Shown: positions 26,430 through 35,665 of the stretch, one piece after another | Numbering within the stretch: the first letter of the stretch is position 1 | How the letters are laid out: the number at the start of each line of letters is the position of its first letter | Assembly: GCA_041742965.1 (NCBI GenBank) | Contig: JBGTNQ010000005.1 | Coordinates: 1 to 43,687 of the forward strand | DNA length: 43,687 nt | From: Minisyncoccia bacterium | GTDB lineage: Bacteria > Patescibacteriota > Minisyncoccia > Phycocordibacterales > Zambryskibacteraceae | Direction of reading: 5' to 3' | Notes under the pieces: model-generated | Database searches by the model: none | What the model saw: the letters and a program-made list of their open reading frames with translations, nothing else | What the model was told of the DNA's origin: nothing | Position numbers and translations under genes: made by a program

Positions 26430-26469
26430 ACCCTCACACCAACTTTGATGTCAAAGTTGGTGTGAGGGT
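26430..26469. repeat. Long palindrome between divergent genes
   Basis: ACCCTCACACCAACTTTGA-TG-TCAAAGTTGGTGTGAGGGT, with 19-bp perfect arms. Confidence 0.85.
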
Positions 26470-26506
26470 GTTGTAAACTAAGCCAAAGAGCTTTAGTATT
26501 ACTAAT

Positions 26507-27250
26507 ATGTCTTTAAACAATACAAACGAAGAAAGTGAAAAAGAACGAGTCGTGCACGGCCCAATGACCCTAGAAGAGATGCATGAGGCAACTCAAGACA
26601 GGGTATATGAAATCGCCAGAGAATTTACTCAGGGGTTCAAGTTCCTAGAGAAATTCCCACGCTCTGTGACTTTTTTTGGCTCTGCTCGTTTTAGAGAAGA
26701 TAACGAATACTATAAAAAAACCATGAGACTGGCCCAGAGAATTACTCAGGAATTAAAATACGCAGTTGTCTCTGGGGGTGGACCTGGAGTGATGGAGGCT
26801 GCAAATCGAGGGGCGAAAGAAGCTGGTGGAGACTCTATCGGCCTAACCATCAGACTTCCGGAGGAACAGGTGATGAATGGTCACATGACAGATCATGTAG
26901 ATTTCTATTATTTCTTCAGTAGAAAAGTATGCTTACTCTACTCCGCAGAAGCATTCATCTTTCTCCCAGGCGGATATGGAACCCTTGATGAGTTTTTTGA
27001 AGTTATAACCCTTCTTCAAACAAGAAAAATACCTGAAGTACCTGTTATTTTAGTAGGCAAAGAATTCTGGATTAAGACTATTGAATACTTAAAAGAAAAT
27101 CTTTTAAAACGAGGCACTATAAATCAAGAAGACCTCGCCCTGTTCACCATTACTGATGATGAAGATGAAATAATAGATATTATAAGAAAGGCCCCAATCC
27201 GTGAAGCTGTCCCATACAAAGGCCTGCGGGTAAACCCAATAGAAGAATAA
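26507..27250 (+). CDS. LOG family (TIGR00730-like) nucleotide phosphoribohydrolase
   Basis: FFGSAR, SGGGPGVMEAANRGA, FFSRK and PGGYGTLDE motifs. Confidence 0.92.
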   Translation: MSLNNTNEESEKERVVHGPMTLEEMHEATQDRVYEIAREFTQGFKFLEKFPRSVTFFGSARFREDNEYYKKTMRLAQRITQELKYAVVSGGGPGVMEAANRGAKEAGGDSIGLTIRLPEEQVMNGHMTDHVDFYYFFSRKVCLLYSAEAFIFLPGGYGTLDEFFEVITLLQTRKIPEVPVILVGKEFWIKTIEYLKENLLKRGTINQEDLALFTITDDEDEIIDIIRKAPIREAVPYKGLRVNPIEE

Positions 27251-27583
27251 ATGAATCCTCTATCTCAAAAACACTGCACCCCATGCGAAGGAGGAACTCC
27301 CCCTCTATCTCGCGAAAAAAGTGTTGAATTTATACAAGAAATAAATCAGTGGAATCTGATAGATGACGAAGCGATAGAAAAAACAATATTATTCAAAGAT
27401 TTTAAAGAAGCTTTAGATTTTATAAATAAAGTTGGCGCAATTGCCGAGTCAGAAGGTCATCACCCAGATATACATTTATTCGGATGGAATAAAGTGAAAA
27501 TAAGGCTTTCCACTCACGCTATTAAAGGCCTTTCTGACAATGACTTTATACTCGCTTCCAAAATAGATAACTTATTAGAATAA
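27251..27583 (+). CDS. Pterin-4-alpha-carbinolamine dehydratase
   Basis: CTPCEGG, AESEGHHPDI and THAIKGLSDNDFILA motifs. Confidence 0.92.
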   Translation: MNPLSQKHCTPCEGGTPPLSREKSVEFIQEINQWNLIDDEAIEKTILFKDFKEALDFINKVGAIAESEGHHPDIHLFGWNKVKIRLSTHAIKGLSDNDFILASKIDNLLE

Positions 27584-27636
27584 AGCACAAAGGTCCCGAG
27601 AAAATTTTCTCGGGACCTGCGTCTCTCTCACGCCAC

Positions 27637-27885
27637 CTACAAGTGATGGCGAAAAGGCTCAATCGGCTGATTGGTGAACTGTAGGAGACGCGGGTCTCCA
27701 ACACCATCACCATCATCAATATCGTCTGGCTCACCAGCCCCCCTGAAAGGAATCTCCTTCTTACTCTCGTTAGATTCCATAAGGACCGTTGGCTTCATTT
27801 TAGAAGCCGATGAAAGGGTAACTTCAGAGCCCCCGCCACCTTGAGAATCCCTGCGAGAAGGACCAAACCACGAAAAAAAACTCAT
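27637..27885 (-). CDS. Hypothetical low-complexity protein
   Basis: AGGA SD, TTGACT-18-TATACT promoter (27937-27966) and a terminator at about 27591-27618. Confidence 0.5.
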   Translation of the reverse strand: MSFFSWFGPSRRDSQGGGGSEVTLSSASKMKPTVLMESNESKKEIPFRGAGEPDDIDDGDGVGDPRLLQFTNQPIEPFRHHL

Positions 27886-27977
27886 GTTCTTTCCTTTTCT
27901 ATTTTGAGTGAGTGGAACAAAAGGACAACTAGAAAAAGTATAACACGAATACTTATACACAGTCAAATATGAGTAGA

Positions 27978-29336
27978 CTACTCTTCTTTAGGATCAAAAA
28001 TGGATGGAGAAAGTTTCTCTCCAGACAAAATACGAGAAACTCTTTTCCCACCATATATCGAGGGAAGTAAACCTATGCCGTTACAACCCAAGTTATACAA
28101 CAAAACAGAATTTCTCGGCTCTTCGCCAATCAACCTAATTCCATTCGATGTATATCCCATTAGCCCATGCCATTGAAATTTATAAGACACTCTCTTTTCT
28201 TCTCCTAATACGCTTTTAACAAAGCGACTTATACCATCTTGTGCCTCTTCTGGATAGTCTATTTCACTCTCATATATTCCCCTATCTTCAAGTTTAATTT
28301 CTGGACCGCCGATAGAAATTAAATTCTTTTTTTCCTTTCCAGAAAATTCAAATTCTCTACGAGTAACATAGTAATATGTGCCATCTAAAGGCGAAAAACC
28401 TCTTGAGTAATATGCAATAGCTGATGGTGGCTTATTATAATCTGTTAAATACCCAGACATAAAACCTACGAGCCCGCTAACTTGGTGATGGAATCTATGG
28501 TCAACATCGAGGCCAGATTCGTTTATAATAGTGAAATTTTCAAAACCATTCGTACACAAAATTACCCTATCTACTGTGGCTGTGTGATTTATGGCATCCA
28601 AAAGAGCGTGATCATTTTTTAAAACAATTTTACCAATATGAGTATGTTCAAAAAGAGAAAAGCGTTTTGGATAAGTTTCTAAAAGAAACCCAACGACTTC
28701 TTGGCAAAAGAGAGCTGAATTCATACAGCCCTTTTGGGCTGATATCATTGCATAAAAACCTTCATCCTTTGTTTCCAAAGCATCTAATATTATTTTTTGA
28801 GGCACGACACGATAAAGCCCGGCAAATTCCTTGGATATATCATTTAAAAATGGGGCATTGTTGGCAATCAAAAAATCTTCTGGCACGAGGCCTATTTTGA
28901 GTCTCGTCTGGTTATAACGAAGAAGGCTTATTACCTCGTCAAGCTCAACTATTCCTGCCCTTCCCACAAAACGAGAAAGTGGAATATCCAAACCTGCAGT
29001 TGTATACATTTCATCCAATAGCCCCCATGCCAACTCAATATCAAGTTGGCCCTCCTTGGTCTTTTCCTCACCGAATTCTTTAGCAATATCATCGAGTGGA
29101 CGCTCAAAATAACTAACAATCTGGCCCCCATTATGTCCTGTAGCACCATGAGCTAGTCTACCCCCATCAAAAAGAGTCACCTTCTTATCAGTGTATTTCA
29201 ATGTGAAAAAAGCCGTAGAAACACCAGCGATTCCAGCGCCGATTATGGCCACATCAGTCTCAATGTCGCTTAAGAGTTTTGTCGCTGGCCGATTATGGTT
29301 AAGTTGATATATCCAGGGGGAATTATTTGCCTTCAT
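27978..29336 (-). CDS. FAD-dependent oxidoreductase (DAO/PuuB-like)
   Basis: DVAIIGAGIAG, GATGHNGG, W.GLMGYT and LGCNGIG motifs. Confidence 0.85.
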   Translation of the reverse strand: MKANNSPWIYQLNHNRPATKLLSDIETDVAIIGAGIAGVSTAFFTLKYTDKKVTLFDGGRLAHGATGHNGGQIVSYFERPLDDIAKEFGEEKTKEGQLDIELAWGLLDEMYTTAGLDIPLSRFVGRAGIVELDEVISLLRYNQTRLKIGLVPEDFLIANNAPFLNDISKEFAGLYRVVPQKIILDALETKDEGFYAMISAQKGCMNSALFCQEVVGFLLETYPKRFSLFEHTHIGKIVLKNDHALLDAINHTATVDRVILCTNGFENFTIINESGLDVDHRFHHQVSGLVGFMSGYLTDYNKPPSAIAYYSRGFSPLDGTYYYVTRREFEFSGKEKKNLISIGGPEIKLEDRGIYESEIDYPEEAQDGISRFVKSVLGEEKRVSYKFQWHGLMGYTSNGIRLIGEEPRNSVLLYNLGCNGIGLLPSIYGGKRVSRILSGEKLSPSIFDPKEE

Positions 29337-29340
29337 TAAA

Positions 29341-29763
29341 TTATTTAAAATAAATCATTATCTCTTCTGCATCTGCTTTTTGCGGATCACGAGTAGGATT
29401 TGCTTTTTGAACAATCAAAAATCCCCTTTCATTATATTCTGGTTTTTCATATATTATCTCAGCTCTAAAGCTTTGAAATCCTTGACTGTCTACTTCACCC
29501 ACTTTTTGAGTTATGACTTCTGCGATAATCAGACCGTCCCAGTTTGTAAGGATTGCTATAGGCATTCCTTCCTGAATCCATGAGGATTTCGCTCTTCCAG
29601 AAACCACCACAGGATTTCCCACCCACTCTTCAGATTTTGGTGTTTCTAAAACAATAAGTCTCCCATCAACCTGAGGAGAATCGAGCCCCCTTGTCATAAA
29701 AAAGGTTATTAAAAATACACCTATCACCACACTAGCTAAAAGAATTGCATTTCTTTTTCTCAT
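29341..29763 (-). CDS. Membrane-anchored Ig-like (Gmad2-like) protein
   Basis: N-terminal TM; LETP...NPVVVSGRAKSSW...GFLIVQKANP. Confidence 0.65.
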   Translation of the reverse strand: MRKRNAILLASVVIGVFLITFFMTRGLDSPQVDGRLIVLETPKSEEWVGNPVVVSGRAKSSWIQEGMPIAILTNWDGLIIAEVITQKVGEVDSQGFQSFRAEIIYEKPEYNERGFLIVQKANPTRDPQKADAEEIMIYFK

Positions 29764-29862
29764 ATATACATCATTATACATTATCCAAAACAACCTCACA
29801 CAAAATATCTCACCGAATTAAAATCTTGCTTATAAACTCTACTTACAAACCCCTAATCCACC

Positions 29863-29951
29863 TACTTGGAAACCCTGGTTTCCAAGTATCAAGGCTAAAA
29901 TTGAACTAAAACCCACCACTTGGAAACCAGGGTTTCCAAGTGGTGGGTTTT
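29863..29951. repeat. Two copies of palindrome ACTTGGAAACC-N2-GGTTTCCAAGT, the second forming the helicase terminator
   Basis: Copies at 29863-29888 and 29908-29951, in opposite orientations. Confidence 0.85.
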
Positions 29952-29975
29952 GAAATTTCTATACAATTTTTTGTT

Positions 29976-31268
29976 TTATACAAAAGTCAGTGCTTTGCCA
30001 GTTGTATTCGCTCTTCCTGTTCTGCCAATACGATGAACGTAGTCATCATATGTGGCCGGAACATCGAAGTTTATAACATGACTCACATTTGGAATATCTA
30101 AACCACGAGCCGCCACATCAGTAGCTACAAGAATCTGAACGTGGCCATCTTTAAATGCACCTAAAGCTTTCTGCCTTTGGCTGTGAGTTTTATTTCCGTG
30201 TATAGACTCTGCTTTAAAACCCCTCTTAGATAAATCTGTAGCCAAACGAGAAACTCCATGTTTGGTTCTTCCAAATATGAGAACCTTTTCAAAACCAGTT
30301 TGATTCAAAAGCTCATGGAGAGCATCTACCTTGTCCTGACCGGGTTTCATCCTGACAATATCTTGATCAACATTTTTTGAAGTATCTCTAGTTTTTACAG
30401 AAATAGATACGGGCTCACGCAGAAACTCCCCTATCAATCTCTCAATCTCTTTCGACATTGTCGCTGAGAAAAATAGTGTGTGACGAGGTGTCGGCATATG
30501 ACTCATTAGAAAACGCATGTCAGCGATAAATCCCATATCAAGCATTCTGTCTGCTTCATCCAAAACCACAGTATTAATATCAGAAAGTGAGAGAGCTTTT
30601 CTATCCATAAGATCTTTGAGTCTACCAGGAGTACCTATCACAAACTGGTTGAGACGACGAAGATCACGAATCTGGGGAATAATGTTGGCTCCACCAACAC
30701 AAACCACAGAAAAAATACCCATCACAGGAGTAAAACCTTTTAACTCTTGTTCTATCTGGATAGCAAGTTCACGAGTAGGCACAACTATAAGGACGCGTTC
30801 TTTTGGATTCCTAATTACTTTATCTATAAGAGGTATGAGAAAGGCTGCTGTTTTTCCAGTACCAGTATTTGCAATACCTACAATGTCTTTACCACGCAAA
30901 ATATGAGGGATGGCTCTGTCTTGAATAGGAGTCGGTGCGGTGTATCCTTTTTTGATAATGTTTTTCTTTAACTGTTCGTGCACGGGGAAATCGGCAAAAG
31001 AATGCTCAGGCAAAAAACGCTGTTCTGTCTCTTCAACAATCACAGCTTTATTTATAAACATATTTATATCTAGAGTCTGGCCGAAACGCCTAGCGCCTCC
31101 ACGGGCATTTCCACCAGAGCGTCTCAACCCTTGAGGGCGACCCCCGCGAGACGATGAATGAGAACTTCGGCTATCAGAACCAAACCGAGACGAAGGTCGT
31201 TGGCTACTAGAAAAAGACTTACGAGGACCATTTGAACGGCCTCTTCCACTTGATGATTGATTGTACAT
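29976..31268 (-). CDS. DEAD-box RNA helicase (RhlE-like) with RGG/Ser-rich N-terminus
   Basis: Q motif PTPIQ, ANTGTGKT, PTRELA, DEAD, SAT and HRIGRTGR. Confidence 0.95.
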   Translation of the reverse strand: MYNQSSSGRGRSNGPRKSFSSSQRPSSRFGSDSRSSHSSSRGGRPQGLRRSGGNARGGARRFGQTLDINMFINKAVIVEETEQRFLPEHSFADFPVHEQLKKNIIKKGYTAPTPIQDRAIPHILRGKDIVGIANTGTGKTAAFLIPLIDKVIRNPKERVLIVVPTRELAIQIEQELKGFTPVMGIFSVVCVGGANIIPQIRDLRRLNQFVIGTPGRLKDLMDRKALSLSDINTVVLDEADRMLDMGFIADMRFLMSHMPTPRHTLFFSATMSKEIERLIGEFLREPVSISVKTRDTSKNVDQDIVRMKPGQDKVDALHELLNQTGFEKVLIFGRTKHGVSRLATDLSKRGFKAESIHGNKTHSQRQKALGAFKDGHVQILVATDVAARGLDIPNVSHVINFDVPATYDDYVHRIGRTGRANTTGKALTFV

Positions 31269-31381
31269 ACGGAAAGACAGAGTATCTCGCGTTTATCTGG
31301 AACTGAATCCTTATCCGTTTCAAAATTGATAAAAGAGATTATTTTCGAAAACGAAAACGAGTGAGATTGCTCTTAGCTTTA

Positions 31382-31410
31382 ATAATAGCAAAAATTAAGT
31401 TTTTTGTCAA
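31382..31410 (-). promoter_or_regulatory. Sigma70 promoter of the helicase
   Basis: TTGACA-17-TATTAT, giving a 5' UTR of about 105 nt. Confidence 0.6.
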
Positions 31411-31415
31411 TATTT

Positions 31416-31973
31416 CTAAGAAACCCTATTCTCTTTCAGCAGTTCACTGAAACGCTTTTGCACTTTTTCTAGCTTTGGATTTATGACCAATTCACAATAC
31501 ATATCGTTTTTATTATTTTCATAATAGTTCTTGTGATAGTCCTCTGCTTCATAAAAATCTTCTAAGGGTGAAACTTCGGTTACTATTGACGCGCCTGTTT
31601 GATTTGAATTATTTATATCTTCAATAAATTTTAGAGCGACTTTCTTTTGGTCTTCGTCAGTATAGAGAATTATAGAACGATATTGTGTTCCAACATCATT
31701 ACCTTGTCTATTCTTGGTCATCGGATCATGGCTACCAAAAAACACAGTTAAAAGAGATTCGTATGATATCTCTTCAGAATTATATTCAATTCTTACTACC
31801 TCGGCATGGAGAGTGTCTCCGCGAGAGACTTCTTCATATGCTGGATTTTTAGTCTCTCCACCGGCGTATCCAGGGGAAACAGAAAGAACGCCTCGCAATG
31901 ATTTAAATACTGCTTCTGTACACCAAAAACAACCGCCACCAAACACTGCTACGCTATTTTTCGTCTTAATCAT
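31416..31973 (-). CDS. msrA: Peptide-methionine (S)-S-oxide reductase
   Basis: GGGCFWCTE, NRQGNDVGTQYRS and AEDYHKNYY motifs. Confidence 0.95.
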   Translation of the reverse strand: MIKTKNSVAVFGGGCFWCTEAVFKSLRGVLSVSPGYAGGETKNPAYEEVSRGDTLHAEVVRIEYNSEEISYESLLTVFFGSHDPMTKNRQGNDVGTQYRSIILYTDEDQKKVALKFIEDINNSNQTGASIVTEVSPLEDFYEAEDYHKNYYENNKNDMYCELVINPKLEKVQKRFSELLKENRVS

Positions 31974-32364
31974 TCTTGTGTCCAAACTCTTCGTCTTCTG
32001 TATCAGCTAAAGCGCTAGCTTTTGTTTTGTGTAGCCTCTCTTCAATATGATTTGCTGGAGAATAGATTGTGTAGAGTTTAAGAGGTGTATCACCCGTATT
32101 CACAACATTGTGTTTCGTGCCGGCAGGTATCACAAAAGCAAAGTCTGACCACACAGGATATTCATCGCCTTCAATTATTACTTTCCCAGAACCATCTTCG
32201 ATTCGAAAAAACTGATCAACTCCTATATGAACTTCCTCCCCAATATCCTCTCCTGGCAAAAGACTCATCAAAACCAGCTGGCTTTTTGGTCCAGTAAAAA
32301 TAACTTTGCGAAAATTGTCATTTCCCAGAGTCTCCTCTTCAATATTTGCTAAGTAATGAGTCAT
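31966..32364 (-). CDS. Cupin domain protein
   Basis: QLVLMSL.PGEDIGEEVH..DQFFRIE.G and PAGTKHNV motifs. Confidence 0.88.
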   Translation of the reverse strand: MTHYLANIEEETLGNDNFRKVIFTGPKSQLVLMSLLPGEDIGEEVHIGVDQFFRIEDGSGKVIIEGDEYPVWSDFAFVIPAGTKHNVVNTGDTPLKLYTIYSPANHIEERLHKTKASALADTEDEEFGHKND

Positions 32365-32387
32365 AATTTAAAAAGCTAAAACCCCTA

Positions 32388-32723
32388 TTAGTTACTCTCT
32401 CTTTGAGTTCCAAACAAGGCATTTACAAGAGAGAGAACGATTGAGAACCAAAGTGCTGGCCAAAAACCAGCTATGCTAAACCCAGGCACAACCTTTGAAG
32501 CAAGGATGATGAGAAGTGCATTGAGGACCAAAGAAAATATTCCGAGAGTAAATATTGTCAGAGGAAGAGTGAGTAGTGAGAGAATCGGCTTGAAAAAAGT
32601 ATTTATGATTCCAAGAACAACTGCCAAAATCACAGCCCCCAATAATGTCACTTCAGCCCCAGGAATCAAATACGCAGATATTCCTATAGCCAAAGCCGAA
32701 ACTATCCAATGTTTTATACTCAT
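32388..32723 (-). CDS. Phage holin family / YvlD-like membrane protein
   Basis: Four TM segments; KPIL..LTLPLTIFTLGIF..VLNA. Confidence 0.8.
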   Translation of the reverse strand: MSIKHWIVSALAIGISAYLIPGAEVTLLGAVILAVVLGIINTFFKPILSLLTLPLTIFTLGIFSLVLNALLIILASKVVPGFSIAGFWPALWFSIVLSLVNALFGTQRESN

Positions 32724-32734
32724 AGTGTTTTAAA

Positions 32735-33082
32735 TTAAATGTTAAATTTTGAAGCAAACTGACCGATTATAGGAAGTGGCTGTTGTTTGTTGTTTAAGGC
32801 ATTCATGATACCCAAGACCATTAGAACGAGTATAAATATATGAAGAATGCTCCCAAGTATTGATATGTACATGAGAGAATTGATTATACTCACAACGACA
32901 AAAGCCAAGAAAAGCACGAACCCCTGCCTTACATGATATCTCACGAAGGAGTCATTCTTAGAATCGGTAAGTAAGGGAATGAAAAAAAGTATATAAGCAA
33001 CAACAGCCATTGCTTTGTGGTCTCCGCCACCCGCTGGAGGCGTACCGGCTGTCTGATTATCATTTGTTGTTTGTTCGTTCAC
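32735..33082 (-). CDS. DUF4870-like membrane protein
   Basis: AVVAYILFFIPL...FVRYHVRQG...PLPIIG. Confidence 0.75.
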   Translation of the reverse strand: MNEQTTNDNQTAGTPPAGGGDHKAMAVVAYILFFIPLLTDSKNDSFVRYHVRQGFVLFLAFVVVSIINSLMYISILGSILHIFILVLMVLGIMNALNNKQQPLPIIGQFASKFNI

Positions 33083-33186
33083 TGTTTTCTAATTACCTTG
33101 TTAATATCAAGAAATTCCGAGTAAACCACGATTTTATTATACCCCAAATAAACGAAAAGGAGGAAGGTTTATATTCCTTCCTCCAT

Positions 33187-33417
33187 TCACGCCACCTCAA
33201 GCCATTCTAGCCAAGACATGCACCAGAAGGCTCTACGGGCCGCCTCTTCGACTGAGTCGCCGAAACCGAGGGCGTCGTGAGTCTCACGGAGAGGAAGCAT
33301 GTCGGGAAACGACCTTCCATTCCGAGCAATTCTCACAAGGTAGGGTTTTGGGAACCTCCCCGAAGGGTCGTACTCCAAAACATGTACTATCTCTTTTAGT
33401 TTCTCAGAAGCATTCAT
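33187..33417 (-). CDS. Hypothetical protein (accessory cassette)
   Basis: GGAGGT SD, upstream TTGACA and a downstream hairpin at about 33159-33185. Confidence 0.6.
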   Translation of the reverse strand: MNASEKLKEIVHVLEYDPSGRFPKPYLVRIARNGRSFPDMLPLRETHDALGFGDSVEEAARRAFWCMSWLEWLEVA

Positions 33418-33496
33418 CTCACACCTCCGATGTTTAGGGTCTTTTTCTAATATAGAAATTACACAAAATTAAATATATGTCAAGTTGAAACAAGAC

Positions 33497-33940
33497 CTAG
33501 TTCCCTTCTGGAAAAATATTATCTTTTGATGGTTTTGTCACAAACACACCCCGAAGAGTTTTGGAACTAAAATAAAAAGCGAATAAAAATAGTATAGCTA
33601 TTGCAATAGTTAAAAGTTCAAAAACCCAAGATGACTTTTGATAATTTTGAATTGCTTCCACACCAAAGAGGAAGAGGCCCAGAAGTGATACGAAAAAAGA
33701 TATGTACTTTACCCACACCTGTTTAGGGTTCATGAAGCCCGAGACAAGTACAAGAACAATTATGGCGATCACATTTAGAGAACTCGGCTTAAGTATTGAC
33801 TCCTGAACAAACGGGGCCATTACTAACATAACTATGGCAATGACGAGAAAAATTCGTCTGACCGTATCTCCATAGTAGTGGAAGTGGTCTTCGTTCTTCT
33901 CTCTGATGGTACGCATCTTTATGTTTTCCGTTGAATCCAT
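33497..33940 (-). CDS. Hypothetical 4-TM membrane protein
   Basis: Hydrophobic segments; HYYGDTVRRIF N-terminal motif. Confidence 0.7.
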   Translation of the reverse strand: MDSTENIKMRTIREKNEDHFHYYGDTVRRIFLVIAIVMLVMAPFVQESILKPSSLNVIAIIVLVLVSGFMNPKQVWVKYISFFVSLLGLFLFGVEAIQNYQKSSWVFELLTIAIAILFLFAFYFSSKTLRGVFVTKPSKDNIFPEGN

Positions 33941-33979
33941 ATTTTTTATATTATACTCCCTTTTATTAAAAAGTGTGTC

Positions 33980-34513
33980 CTATTTTTCTCGCCACTTCCT
34001 AAGAAGAGACAATGCTGTCTCTGCACCATTGATAGCTCTGTGAGGGTTTGGCTCTGGTGGGACGCCAAAATATTCAGAAACCGCCTTCAGGTTAAGGCGC
34101 GGAAGATTCTCCCCACCCTTCTCCCAAGCTAAAGTGAGGACATCCAAGCGATGATAGTCCATCAAGTTTGGCTCTCCTGTATTACGAAAAGCTTCACGGA
34201 TAAAACCCCAGTCAAAAGTGACATTAAAAGAAGTGAATACTGCGTCTTTTGTTTTCCCTGAGAATTCTGACATCACAGAATCTAGTGTCTGCGCATCCTT
34301 CCAATCTTTTTCATTGTACCCATTTCTCTCGAGAGCAGCGAGAATAGCATTTTTAATGTGATGTGGCTTCACAAGCCAGTTACCAGAATCAATAATGCTG
34401 AGTTCTTTCTGGTCTACCACCAAAAGACCTATCTCCAAAATTTCATGCACCAGTGGATCATCACCAGAAGTTTCTACATCTACAATAGCGAGGGGTCTTT
34501 CGTTGAAATTCAT
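33980..34513 (-). CDS. DEDDh 3'-5' exonuclease (DnaQ-like)
   Basis: IVDVETSG, FNVTFDWGF and HRAINGA motifs. Confidence 0.88.
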   Translation of the reverse strand: MNFNERPLAIVDVETSGDDPLVHEILEIGLLVVDQKELSIIDSGNWLVKPHHIKNAILAALERNGYNEKDWKDAQTLDSVMSEFSGKTKDAVFTSFNVTFDWGFIREAFRNTGEPNLMDYHRLDVLTLAWEKGGENLPRLNLKAVSEYFGVPPEPNPHRAINGAETALSLLRKWREK

Positions 34514-34617
34514 ATATTCAATATATGCCCTTAGTACATAGGTGTCCAGAAATTTTGTGAATGATAAAGGGCGAGTCTTTCCTTCCGGATTGACTCGCCC
34601 TTTTGTGACCCGCGGGG

Positions 34618-34716
34618 TCAGCCGGCCTGGTTGGCCTCGGCGACCTCACGAATCAGTGCCACGAGATTCTTGCCGCAGTGGACACAGCCGAAGCGGTCCG
34701 CGATACGAAACGTCAT
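34618..34716 (-). CDS. 32-aa CxxC microprotein (not in the ORF track)
   Basis: GGAGGT SD; MTFRIADRFGCVHCGKNLVALIREVAEANQAG; own promoter and a terminator at about 34566-34603. Confidence 0.55.
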   Translation of the reverse strand: MTFRIADRFGCVHCGKNLVALIREVAEANQAG

Positions 34717-34782
34717 GGTACACCTCCCCCTTTAAGGTACTGCCAGTGGGCACCGAAGTGTGCCCTAACTGTTTACTCTCAC

Positions 34783-34827
34783 ATTATATCATACTACTTG
34801 ACATTTTGTCAAGTAGTATTGTATTAT
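34783..34827. promoter_or_regulatory. Mirror-symmetric overlapping divergent promoters
   Basis: ATACTACTTGACA-TTT-TGTCAAGTAGTAT palindrome; leftward TTGACA-18-TATAAT and rightward TTGACA-18-TATTAT. Confidence 0.65.
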
Positions 34828-34942
34828 GCAGTCCCTATTCTCCAAAAAATGGCTCAAAATATGAACAAAATGATATCCGACCCTGAAATGATGCTTAACT
34901 AGTAAAGTCAAAACGGCAATAATGGTGCTATACTGCCAGTCT

Positions 34943-35647
34943 ATGGAAAAACCGACATTCCCTATGAGAATAAATAAGTATCTAGCTCTAAAAAAGCACT
35001 CTACACGAAGAGGTGCGGACGAACTCATTAGCAAAAAACAAGTCTTCATAAACGGCAGGTTAGCTGTGCTTGGTGACAAAGTAACAGAAGACGATAATGT
35101 AGAGGTGCGTTTCCGAGGAAAACAAAAGCCATACATATATATCGCCTACAATAAACCGAAAGGCATCATTACCCACTCTGCCCAAAGAGGTGAGAAAGAA
35201 ATAAAACATGTTGTCTCTTTAAAAGATGTCTTCCCTGTCGGCAGACTGGACAAAGACTCACACGGACTAATAATTCTCACCAATGATGGTCGCATCACGG
35301 AGAGGCTCCTAGGACCATCCCAAAAACATGAAAAAGAATATTTGGTTACCACCAAAAACAAACTCCGCTCTAGTTTCAAAGATAAGATGGAAGCTGGAGT
35401 AAAGATTGAAAATGAACATACAGATAAATGCAAAGTTCAAATTTTAAATGAAAACACATTTAGAGTGACTCTCACAGAAGGTAAGAAACATCAAATACGC
35501 CGAATGTGTGTGGCACTGTTCCAAGAGGTAGAAGATTTACAAAGAATACGCATTATGAATATTGAGCTTGGAAATCTTCCTGTGGGCTCACACAGAGAAA
35601 TCACCGGAGACGAATTGAAAACTTTTCTAAAAAGTCTGGATTTATAA
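34943..35647 (+). CDS. rRNA pseudouridine synthase (RsuA/RluB/RluF family)
   Basis: S4 domain MRINKYLA, VGRLDKDSHGLIILTNDG and EGKKHQIRRM motifs. Confidence 0.93.
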   Translation: MEKPTFPMRINKYLALKKHSTRRGADELISKKQVFINGRLAVLGDKVTEDDNVEVRFRGKQKPYIYIAYNKPKGIITHSAQRGEKEIKHVVSLKDVFPVGRLDKDSHGLIILTNDGRITERLLGPSQKHEKEYLVTTKNKLRSSFKDKMEAGVKIENEHTDKCKVQILNENTFRVTLTEGKKHQIRRMCVALFQEVEDLQRIRIMNIELGNLPVGSHREITGDELKTFLKSLDL

Positions 35648-35665
35648 AAAGGAAAAGCGCCAGAA

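Noticed and set aside
32388-32723. Holin as evidence of a prophage
   Set aside because: This membrane family is common in non-phage contexts, and its neighbours are housekeeping or stress genes.
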